Positions 1 through 11,900 of a stretch of DNA of 64,000 nucleotides are shown in pieces. The DNA is from Harriotta raleighana (Eukaryota), in NCBI GenBank assembly GCA_050575255.1, contig JBNZDD010013718.1:8486579-8550578 (forward strand), written 5' to 3'. The stretch's first letter is position 1. The number at the start of each line of letters is the position of its first letter. The notes below the pieces were generated by a model. That model did no database searches. It saw only the letters and a list, made by a program, of their open reading frames with translations, and was not told the DNA's origin. The position numbers and the translations under genes were made by a program.

Positions 1-3000
1 GGATCGTACCATTTCCCATTACAGCTTCAAGCAATTCAATGAGTTTTAGGTTTAATCCACAACCATTTTTCCTGGGAACCCATCCTAACTATCAATTATC
101 CTCTGTGAAAATAAATACTTTCTGGTATCTGTACTAAAATTGTCTTTAACCGTTGTTCTGTCATTGCTTATTATTCCCCTCTACTCTATTGTAAACATTT
201 CACAGCCTTGAAGGTGCTTTAATATGGATTAGGTTCAACATTCCCCTCGATTGAGATACAGATCTCTATTTGATTTAGCTTTAACTAGTTTGACTGATAG
301 GTGAGTAATGAATTAAGAACTACTCAATAAATTATTAGCCACATCATTAATTATCAATGTTGGCTATTGCAGTGGTGCACAATTACAGTGCATAAGACTT
401 ATTGAAGCAGCATTCTCTCTGGAAGTGCAGCATTTCATTATTCTAGAGACATAATTTAACTAAGGTCCTTGAGCATTAAACATTAAACATCAGAAATCTG
501 AAATTCGCATGCTCTTACCCTCAAGACCATTTACTTAAAATATGGAATATTGGAAAATTCTTCAATTCTTTTTAAGGATTGGGGACAAACAGCTTCCAAA
601 TTAAGGCCGAATATGAGAATTTTTACATTGTTATGGGAAGATCATAAGAAATGTTGGGTCTCAGGTTATGTAAGGAAAATAATTTGTTCAGAATATGAGT
701 AGGAAATGGCAACTGATCTTTCCCATATAGTTGTAATACAATCATTGAACTAAATGAACTATAGTACTAAAGACAAACTTGTTTTAAAATAGATTTTCCA
801 AATATTTTCTTGGGCTCAAAAACCTTAACTGTGTTAAACCAGTAATCGGTAAATAACTCATTGCTTTACACATTTATCAACTTTTGCTGATCTTTGGACA
901 GACTTTGCACCCAACCAGGGAAAACTATGGATTTTTCTAATAAATTCACTGCAGTATCAATTACACCAATAACAAACAAAATTACATTGGTAGAGAGCCT
1001 TTCACATCGGGAGAACCTCCCAAGGTGCTGAATAATTAGAGAATAATTGAAGTTCCATTAAAATTTATTGGGGAAAAAATTGCCTCTCTGCGGATTTGTT
1101 GAAAAGTGTAATTCAAATCATTAAAGTTTAAATTAACAATAGATTATACATAATATAACACATGCATTCGAGAGAGCATCTCAACACATTGGATCATTTC
1201 TAAAGCAATTCACATAATGAGATACTTTTGAAGTGTAAGGATACGCAGTAGCCAGTGTGCGCCAGCAACACTCCACAAACCGTAAAGAGATGAACAACTA
1301 CATTTTATTGTATGATTTGAGTGTGGATGGAATTTGGGTTATGACAGAGAGAGAGCTCCCCGCTCTTTTTCAAAGTTGTACAATTGGATCTTTAATATTC
1401 TCATTGAAGAATGGTATCTAACAATAGTTATAATTAACAATAATTGATGACAATAATGGCTCTCTCAGCATTGAGTACCAACTCTCAGATGTAGGCCACA
1501 ACCATTTAACCAATAGGCAAAAATGCTACCCAAATTCCTAAATTGGAATTTATAGTTTGTCCAAGCTTGCTATNGAACCATATTACTGGCACATTGTCAC
1601 AGGTGCTGTCTTTATTCTGAGACATTGAACTGAGGTCCCATCCATCTGTTCAGGTGTACATTAAAGAATTAATGACCTTATATGAAAAGAGAAAGGTGTT
1701 TTTAATGTTCCAGCTAAACTGATCATGAGCTCCTGGCTATTTGTGGGACATTGCTACACCCAAATTAGCTGCCACATTTGTTTACAAAAAACACAGGTAC
1801 TACCAGTAACAGCAATTACTAAAATGCTTTGAGCCATTTCAATATTATAGAAGCAATATCAATGCAAGAATTATTTTGATAATTAATTTGTTCAGAAATG
1901 ATAGAAATTAGTCATATGTTTACAAGCGTCGAGAAACATTAGCATCAGGGAGTTAAATTTAAACTGGAGATACTGCCGTCAAATTTGTTTGAGATTTCAC
2001 AGGAAGGAAAATATTAACAAATGTAACCCTGTAACATTTGCACAGGATTTATGAAGCTGCAACATTGTCTGGCATGGACAGTGACTCAGATAGAGTGTTA
2101 CGTGAAATTCATTATCATTATTTGATAATGTTATCTAGTTAATATATGCTGCACACAATGTCATCTTTAATGTCAGTTTGCCTGTGTTGGGCGCACTTCT
2201 ATCTCTGATTCCAGAGATTGTGGGTTCAAGCCCTGTTGCAGCCTCAGCTGAACTATGTACAGTGCATACTGTGGAGGGCAACACAGTTGGAGGTATCATC
2301 GTTTGGACCAGTCAATAAACCAAGGTACCACCTGCTTGTTAAAGACCACATGACACTCTTGGAAAATGGAAGTCTGTTTCCTCTGATATTCCTCCGCATT
2401 AATTGACCAGTAGTCTCCTAGGTGTATATGGAACTTGGTGGTGTAAATAGATGCCATACTTTCCAATAAAAAAGTTTCTATAGTTGACTATAAATACTTG
2501 TGCAGCCTTTACAGATGTTTTGATGTAATAAGAAGCTCTAAAATTTCTGTTTTTTGTTTCTTATTTAGAGAGTTTACCACATGGCTGGATGGAAGAATTG
2601 ATTAGAAAGCGCAAACTATGTTCGTCTGATATTCTATCCAAACTCTCAACTATTTTCCTTTGTAATTTTGATTTAACATTCGAAAGAATCACTATTCTGC
2701 TCCTGTTCCATAAGTGGTTTAAGCTGCAGTGAGCAAGCAGCAATTCTTTATGAGTGAGTCCAGGCAGCGAGTAAGCAACAGAACCTAATCATATCCTCTC
2801 CTGATAGCTATACATACTGATTGGCATTCAGGAAAGTGAACTTGGCAAGAGAAGGGAAGTGAATTGGAGGGGGAAAGAATTGCAATAGGCTGCAGATTTT
2901 ACTAGCACCGAATAATATAGAAAACAAAACACAAGATGAATAAAGCTGTGACACATGCAACACATCTTGCTCTTTGTATTAACTTGGAAGAAGTTACGCA

Positions 3001-3034
3001 AAATTCAAATAGATTATCCCAGGCTAATAATGAA

Positions 3035-3310
3035 TGATAATAATAATACTTGCATTTGATATACTGTAGTGTTTGATCATGTCATTGAGACATCCATAAG
3101 AGCTTCACAGAAGCTTCTGTGAAGTGGATTGACTGTATATTTTGTCGGCGAAATGCGGCAGTCAATTGCACAAATAGTCATGGTTTGAATACTCCAATTT
3201 TCTTTTGTGTGGATTATTATTCCCTGGGAAGCAAACTACCAAACAACTAACCACTGGGTTCCTACTTACTGTTCTGTAAACAGAGGAATGTGGAGTAACG
3301 ATAAATTCAC
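3035..3310 (-). mobile_element. Truncated copy of the same SINE
   Basis: Tail aataatacttgcatttgat and internal segments align with the 3504-3865 copy. Confidence 0.75.
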
Positions 3311-3503
3311 AAAGGACGAACAAGAGCCTAACAAAGCTGAGACACAGGCTGGAAACCATCCATTGCCTTTCAAAGCTGCTCTCATTGAAGCCACTTCCTG
3401 CAATGGCTTAGATCAGCAAACTTAACTTTGAATTGAGCCTGACATGTTCTTGATCTATAGGACTCAGTTTCATACTAAACAATGGCTCGTTATTGCATTT
3501 ATG

Positions 3504-3865
3504 ATAATAATAATCCTTGCATTTGATATAGCGCCTTAAACGATTGGGGCCTCTCAAAGCGCTTCACAGAATATACTGTAAAGTGAATTGACTGCATGTT
3601 TTGTGGGTGAAATGTGGCAGCTAATTGCGCACAGCAGTATCCCACAAACAGTCATGGATTCGAAATGACCAATTTATTATTTTAACAAAATTTTGCCCCC
3701 GGAAAAACAATCTGTCAATCGGCTGACAATCAGGTTCCTACTTTCCGCTTGGTAAACAGGTGTGTGGAATAAGGAAATTTCCTCAACATTTCACCCCACC
3801 GGGAATTGAACCCAAGTTTCTTGTTTGCGAAAAGCGAGTGCTCTAACCACTGAGCTACAGGACTT
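3504..3865 (-). mobile_element. Full-length tRNA-derived DeuSINE-type SINE
   Basis: On the minus strand: tRNA-like head (A box TAGCTCAGTGG, B box GGTTCAATTCC), Deu-like core (tgtgggatactgctgtgcgcaattagctgcc) and an L2-like tail ending in (TTA)n. Confidence 0.85.
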
Positions 3866-6800
3866 CAATTATGAACCATTGATTTCAATCTAAAATGACA
3901 CAATGATAATATATGGAGAAAATTGCCCGGAAGCATTTTTGAACATATTTGAAACCAGCAAGAAGGGAATGCCACCACAGGTTTGACATTAGTTAAATCT
4001 ATTTTACATTTTAATATGGCCATGAAAGTTAATATATTCTCAGTCAACAAACTGACAGTTTAATAGCTGCTCCTAATAAATGGCATCATTAATAAATTAG
4101 GCTAGCAGCTTGTTTTGGCTAAATTTTGTGTTGATGTTAATAAGGTCAATGCCAAAAATGTGATTAAAATTTATTTTTGATTCGTTCTGGAAGGATTTTT
4201 CAAAATGTTAGCTAATTTCTCAGCTAGTTGCACTTTTACCTCAAATGACTAATTCAAAGACAGCAACAAGGAGGAGTTATGAATGTTGAGCAAAAGGAAG
4301 GTTGAAAATATGAGATACAATTTGTAGTATGAATGGTGTAAACATTTGCCAAGCCAACATGCCTTCAGCCCAACTGAGTGATTCCTAGTAGTTCACAATT
4401 TCTTGGAAGAAATATAGCAGTTATTCCACATATTTCAAAAATGTTAATGATGCCAAGTCTGACGAGTTAGTTTATTAAAGGTTATTGCAATTAAAGATAT
4501 CAATCGCAAGCCTCTGCTCCTTGAAACCAATTTGTTTTATACAACTGAAAACACTCACAGAAAGCTCCAGAACCTTCCAATTGAAAGTGCGCCAGAGATT
4601 GCAACATTGCTTGTAAACATGAAGTATTTATTTCACTTACAGATAACTTTTGTGAATTTACATTAATGAAGCTATTGATTTGGGTTATTATTTTGTGCCC
4701 TTTTCTTTTTATTCTGACAAAACAAAGATTATTCTAATCAACATTTATTTGAAACTTTGACTTCAAAGTAAAGCTTCAGCTGCTGACCCTCACATGAAGA
4801 AAGGTCACTTTGGGTGAGGTATAGGAAGGTGGATTGTAATCCAGAATGAGTAAGTGACTTGAGAAAAGAATGGGGAGTGAATTGCAAGGGAAAGCTTTGC
4901 AATGGACTACAGATCTTACTGAAACTGAATAATACAGAAGACAACACACAATATGTATAAAGCTTTGACAAACGCATCTCAGCTCCTGGTACTAACTTGG
5001 AAAAAGTTGGGCAAAATATTCACAGGTTAACTTTCAACATGAAGAGGCATGACATCCTCTAAGGGATAGAGGAACACATGGAGAAATCTTAGCCTTGGTG
5101 GTCAAAGAAAGTAGAATTAATCTGCTGGAAATGTGAAGCAATCCCTGGAGTCTAAAGGTGATTGCAATTAAATCCTGCTGATTTGCAGCATTCCTGGGAA
5201 TCTAACAGGGAGTAGCTACAAGATGATATGTCAATCAAAGCTAAATCCCCTCAGCAGTGTTGTTGAAATATAAAAATCTATCGTGCAGAAGGAGATTATT
5301 TGGTTCATCGGATCACAGAATAAGGAGGAGGTTCCTCTTTAGGTAGAGGTTCCTCTTTTGTTTGTGGATTAATAATCATAGAGCTCAGTTTCGAAAGTGG
5401 CTACAATCCAGTGTTGGTTATTAAATTCCATCCTTGTCAGAGGATATTGGGTTTCCAATATCTGATATATTAAAAGTTCAATGTGAGATATTTATCTAGT
5501 AACCATCAAACACTATGTTCAAAACTATCACATTTCAATTATCACAGTAGTTAGTCTGCACAGTAATATTCATACAAAATAGCCATCTCTTTTATAACTC
5601 TTTTATAACATTAAATTGGGAATCATTGAATAACACATGCACAGTATTTACTAACCCATTGAAATCAAAACTGTGAAGGACTTAATCTGCTGCTCATGAA
5701 TTGCACATCCTGCGTATTTCCTGACGGATAATCCCTCTAACATAAATAACTCAAATAACGTCATAATTTTTTAGTCATATTTAGTATTCTCTTTTATCTT
5801 TAGGGCAAGAGGCAGAGATGGATGTCTAGTGAGCAGATCACATGACCTATTTTTATGAAATTTTATCCATTCTCAAGAACCGTAAAACAACATTTTTATC
5901 TCTATAGCTCTTTACTTGAGAAAACATCTCAAAATGCTTCACAGAGATGGAATGGGAGACCCAGGTTGAGGAGTAGGACCACAGAAGATTGCTGCTGGAT
6001 TGCTATGGGACAAGGCTGATTCTGATGTACCGTGCACTAGAATTAGTTCAGACAGTGACATTCATCCGGTCTCGGAGCTGGCTTTCATGATAAGAGACAA
6101 CAATTGAATTCCAATTGCCAAAAGACTATGGATAAATGCAAGTAGAATTTTCCTACTTTATTCAGTGGACACTAGTTATAAAGTTATGCTCCAAATAATC
6201 ACTTTACACCAGGAAATAATAACTCCAAGCCATTTTGGCATAACTGATAATCTTCATTAAAGTAACAAAATACTTGTAAATTTCATGGCACTTGTCCAGT
6301 AATGGCCACAGTAACAACGAGGGGTTTTAGACTGAAAGCATGTTTACACCTCATTATGCCAAACAGGATTGTCATTGTTTGGGACATGGCTTTGGTTGCT
6401 CTGAGTCACATTAATTTGGATGCAACCTTGTAATATTGACTTTATATGGTTAAGTGGGACTGTATTAAATAAAACAATACAGTCAGAGAAAGCTTGAAAA
6501 CAACATTCACACTTATTTATTGAATCATTACTTCCTTACTGACTGTGTTTCCATAATTAATGTGCAGTTTATATGAATGATATGCCCAACAAATGCAGTT
6601 GGAAATCAATACTTCATTTGATTGCAAAAACAGCTTGGAGGTTTTTTGCTCTGATTTAAATGGCTTGGTCCATTTCAAGTCAATGGTGGCCTTCCAAAGT
6701 AAGTATGCTCAGTGAGCTATGTAATTGGTTGGTTATAAGATTACAAAGACTAAAATTTATAATATATTTAACTATGGGGATGGTTGATTACATTAGAAAC

Positions 6801-7349
6801 ATTAGTCTTTGATGGGGATGAAAACAAAATGGGGGAATCTCAAGTAACTAGAGCACTAGACTCTACCACCCCCACACCACCACCCCAACATGACACTTCA
6901 GTGAGAGAAATGTCTCACAAATGCTATTTACAAATGAGGTTGAATTCAGCCTGGTTTGGTGGGATGAAAGTTTCATCAATCTGTTCCAACTGAAATTAAA
7001 TGATTTTGGGGGCCTGGGTTTCACAGCACAAAACTGCCCATAATTTGGCTCTATATTGACAATCTCTCAGAGAATAGTAATGGCTGTCATGAGAAATAGA
7101 AAATAGAAATTGTCACACTGATGCACCAAGAGGTGTTCTTTTGAGGTTGGACAACAGCACATTGTTGGGGTAAAATAAAGGGAGCTTTATTTTGCACCTG
7201 ACTGTATTATGCCCGGAACTGTTCAATGCTGACACTGGGTGAACAAAGTAGAAATGTTTTCTGTTTTGCAGTATGAATATCTTTTGGTCCAATGAACAGA
7301 AATGATGCACTCTAAGAAAATATGCTTTGGGGCATTTGACTAGTGGAAT

Positions 7350-8349
7350 GATCCAAGGACCGGCTGCCATGGAGCTGGAGCGGCGGGGACACGGGCCTGA
7401 GCGGCGGGGACACGGGCCTGTGCGGCAGGGACACGGGCCTGTGCGGCGGGGACACGGGCCTGAGCGGATGCCGGGTGTGTGCGGTGGAGCAGGAGGAGGA
7501 GGGCCGGGAGCGCACCCCGCATCCCAGTGAGGAGGAGGTGGATCAGCAGATGGCATCCACTGGGATCGACCCCATCGATGGCCTGGTTCCCGCCTTTTTG
7601 AAGGTGGTTCAGGCGGGCGGCGAGGACAGGGAGCTGGACTGTTGTTAATTGTTGTTGTTGTTTCTTCTGTTGTTGTTTTTGCTTATTATTGTTGATGATG
7701 TTTGTTGTTGTTGTTTGCCCCCCCCTGCCCCCTGACCTTTTGCCCTCCTTTTTCTTCTTCCCTCTCTCCCTTTCCCTCCTTCCCTCCCTCTTCCCTCTTG
7801 CCCCCCTTTCTCCTTGGTTTCCCTCCCTTCACCTTTCCCCCCCTCTTCCCCCTTGCCACCATTTCTCCCTCCTTGTCCTCCTTGATTTCCCCCTTGTCCT
7901 CCTTTCTCCGCCCTTTCTCCGTTCTTTTTCCTCCCTGATTTTACCCCACCCGCTTTTTCCTCCGTCTCCCCCCTTGTCCCTTTTTCCCTCTTTCTTCCCT
8001 GGCCCCATTTCCGTGTGTGTTTGTGGGGACACTGCTGTGCGCAATTTGGCTGCCGCGTTTCTCCCCAGATATACACCTGGTTTTCCTTCTCTCTTCCTCC
8101 TACCCCAATCCCTCCCCTTGCCCTCTTTCCCCCTTTCATCCCTGGCCCTCTCGCTTCCATGACTGTTTGTGGGACACTGCTGTGTGCAATTTGGCTGCCG
8201 TGTTTCGTCCACAAATATACAGTCAGTTTTTCCTGCTTTTCTTCCCCCGACCCCTCCCCCCACTTGACTGTACAGCGCCTTGGGACGTCCTCCTGACGTG
8301 AAAGGCGCTATATAAATATAATATATATAAATAAAAAAATAAAAAAAAT
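7350..8349 (+). mobile_element. Composite ~1 kb retroposon: GC-rich ORF remnant, (TTG)n, polypyrimidine tract, duplicated Deu core, L2 3' tail, A-rich end
   Basis: Abrupt GC-rich insert in AT-rich DNA. Deu cores at about 8010-8085 and 8155-8235; tail cagcgccttgggacgtcctcctgacgtgaaaggcgctatataaat, then an A-rich end. Confidence 0.65.
7380..7463 (+). repeat. 21-bp tandem repeat x4
   Basis: Unit GCGGCGGGGACACGGGCCTG(A/T). Confidence 0.9.
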
Positions 8350-8584
8350 AGCATCAGAAGTGTTGCAAGGCTATTATTTAATCCAAGAATTTAGAGAAAT
8401 TTATAAACACTAAGACTTCATCTCAAGAGATTTGTCCATGCATCGACATTGCAAGATTTAATTCTAGAATTTAATTCCCCTCGCAACAATTGATATTTTT
8501 AATATAAATTGATAAATTTTGAATCATAAATTTTTGTTAACTGGTACATTCTGTTAAGACCCCACCTGTGAAATCTTCAGAAGC

Positions 8585-8928
8585 TAATAATAATCCTTGC
8601 ATTTGAAATAGCGCTTTTCACATTTTCTAGACATCTCAAAGTGCTTCACAGAATATACTGTAAAGTGAATTGACTATATATATATATGGCCAAAACGTGG
8701 GAGGCAATTGCACAAAGCAGTGTCCCACAAATAGTCAGGGATTGAGTGATTAAATTATTATTATTATTTCCCCCAGAAAAGCAACCTGCCAACCGACTAA
8801 CAACTGGGTTCCTATTTACAGTTAAGTAAACAGAAGTGTGTGGAGTAAGGAATCTTGCCCAACATTTCGCCTTGCCAGGTCTCTTACTTGCGAGGCGAAT
8901 GCTCTAACCACTGAACGACAGGGCTCCA
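8585..8928 (-). mobile_element. Near full-length SINE, same family
   Basis: Tail taataataatccttgcatttg, Deu core and head remnant gcgaatgctctaaccactga. Confidence 0.8.
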
Positions 8929-11900
8929 GAAGAACTATTGGAAAAGAGGGAGTTTTTCTTAGGGTACTAGGCATACATTCCTGTGTGTGCAAATTGGCTG
9001 GCGCATTTCTCTACAATTAAAACAGTAACCAATACTGTAATTAACAATAAATACTGTGAACCACATTTCAATATGATAAGGTGCCTATGAGGTTTCAAGT
9101 TATTTCTATATTACACTCAGAAGGCTTGTTTTCCCAGCAAGTTAAAAAGTCTGTTTAAACTGATCAATGTACACTTTTAATTTAAAAAATTCAGTTTGCA
9201 GATCAAAGGACTTCCTTCAAAGGGTTGATTGCTTTGAGCTGATTTGCTGCTTTTAATGATGGTCATACATAGTGATGAAGGCAATCTTTTTTCCATATAT
9301 TTTTCCCTACGATATTACATATCCACTTTGATTATCAATGTACTGTATCTCGCAGTGGAATTGGTAAAAGATTATATTGGTTTCTGCTCATGATCTTGGT
9401 TTTCCTAAAAAGATGGGAACATCTGGAAAATATAGTTGCCTTTTAATTCAACTGTCACATTGCCATCAGGTACAGCAAAATGACTATCTCATTGGCTAAG
9501 CGTTTATCAGCTCAATCACACTAAAGAAACAAAGACTGACTCTTTATAGGATCTTCTCATGTCAAAAAGTCCCCAGTCAATTAGAAATCTAGACAGTAAA
9601 TGATTGACATATTTGGACAATGGTGGAGTCAGAGCTGTCATGAGCATTGGCTGTATCCCTGTCATAGTATGTTCCCATTATGGCTCACTACCCGAAGGAC
9701 AATCACTACTCTCTCAGCAAAGTTCACCTGACAACCCACCTCTGTGTTTACTCCAGAGACTGAAAGGCAACCTGTATTTTTTTGTGTGATCAGTTGTCAA
9801 TTTTGAGACTTAGCCCTGGAACTATGACATTAATATGGAAAGGCTTATGTGGCAAACCACAAAATTGACCTCCAAAAAATAATTGTGCGGAGAGTCTACT
9901 GAGAGTCAATAGAATGAGTTTCAAGTGACCCCATGCTCTCCTTTTCCTTGGGCTGCATTAGGATTGGAAGGAATTGGCTTCTGTATCTAAAATGTTGTCA
10001 ACTGATAAAAAGAAATCTGGAAGATTCAAGATTAAAAGTAAAGGTTAATCCTGTCAGTCAGTCTACACACAGTGAAAATGCACCTTTATTGCTGCTTATT
10101 TTTAGATTTTTAATTTCTAAATATCATCAGTCATTCACCCGGGAACATTTCCTGAAACAATATGACATAAGTACCTGCGTCAAAGTTATCTCCTACTGAG
10201 GCTTGTGCTGCTATTTTGCCTTTGCGGAAAATCAAGAGAGAATTGGGGTCTAATTTAAAAGATTGTACCTTGACGTGTAACATGCAAAATTCTTCCTTTA
10301 CCACTGTGTTGGGGCTCACATATTAGTATTCTGCTTGAATGCCGATTGATACTGAACTCCTGACAGTTTGTGGTCGCCTCTGTTGGCACTGGAGGACAGA
10401 GATGAGATCAGATCCAAGAGGAGTTCTAGTGATATAGAACTCCGACATGAATTGATGTGTTATAAGATATTTTGTGACAAATTAGAATTCAGTGAAGTTG
10501 TTCACTGATCTGTTTGTCAGATAAGATAATTGGTAAAGAGCTTTCAAAATATGGACAGAGGGGCTATGCCTAAATAGAGCACTCCATAAAGTCCCATGCT
10601 GCATACAGACAAGACAATTCTGAAGTCAAATCTCCAGTTTAGTTAGTTAGCTAACCTCAGATGGGAATACAGACAGAGATACAATTGACTTCCGTGTACC
10701 TGCCTACTTAAGATTAAGGATGTCAGGCAGTGTTGATTCCTCCCTGAAGACCTCTTGCTGGAAAGTATAAATTCATGGATGTCAAGTGAGGATTGGGTTA
10801 GCCCTCCTACGTGAGTGAATAGTCCACCAAGATTCCCACATTTGCAGAACATCAACTGTGTTAGACATTCAAGTCCAGGATGAACTTGGGCTTGGTAGAG
10901 AATGAAACATACTATGTCTAATCACAAATATGTTGAAAGCAAGATGCAAGGACAATAGTTCTATCTTTATGCTGGCTGTATCCACGCTTGCACCATTTCA
11001 AACATTACTTGTATTCAGAGGAAGATCAAATGAGATCACAGAGAGGTTCAAATGAATTAATCCTAGCATTTGAAGGCCCTTCAACTCAATTTCCAATCAA
11101 CCATTTGGCCATACGTGGGAATCTGTTAAGAGACAGAGCACAAATTGACTCCTAATCTATCCAAGATGCTACCCCATTTGAAGGGCTCTATATAAATGCA
11201 AGTTGTTGTTGTAATTATTTCTGGATCAGGATCTTCTCCAGTGCCTCTTTGCCCAAATCATCAAATTACTTCTAGACAAACTTCTCCTCGGGTCTTTAAC
11301 CTGAGGAGAAGTTGGATGGATAAATGGATAATTTTGTTTGAATCATATTTTCTTCTGAGTTATTCATGTTTTTTCTCAACATGTCAAATAGCATCAATCT
11401 AACTTTTAGTAGAGAGGATTCGGTGACATTAAGACTGCTTGTTCCTGACAGCTGACTGACCCAGAAATGTTAACTCTTTCACCATTTCAGATGATCAACA
11501 CTGCTCAGTCCACACTTGTTTGCTAATGTGATTGACAAGCTCAGTACAAGAGAACAACAACAACATTACATGACTGATGGCACCATTGGAGAGGAGAAGC
11601 TGAGAGAGCAAAAGAGAAAGAGCATTTAACCTTTTACCCAGGAATGTTAGCAGTGAACCATTTGTTTACATATCATTTTGGCTCATTTAGGTCCGAAGAT
11701 TCTTGGTCCAAGCCTCACACTAGGATTTGAGCTCAAATCTAGGTTGACACTAGAGACACTGGTGAGAGCATACATGATCGCCAGCAATGCCACCCTTTGA
11801 ATGTGATATCAAACCAATCACTTGTTTGCTTGTTTATAGTTTCAGACAAATATTTCAGCACTTTGGGATGCCCTCTTAATGTGAAAGGTGATCATATAAA

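Noticed and set aside
4738-4977. 79-aa ORF with a signal-peptide-like N-terminus
   Set aside because: No splice or homology support; the paralogous copy near 2900 lacks an in-frame ATG and shows mostly non-synonymous differences. Kept only as a duplication finding.
7645-8301. Several overlapping 78-189 aa ORFs
   Set aside because: Low-complexity polypurine/polypyrimidine sequence lacking stop codons, inside a retroposon.
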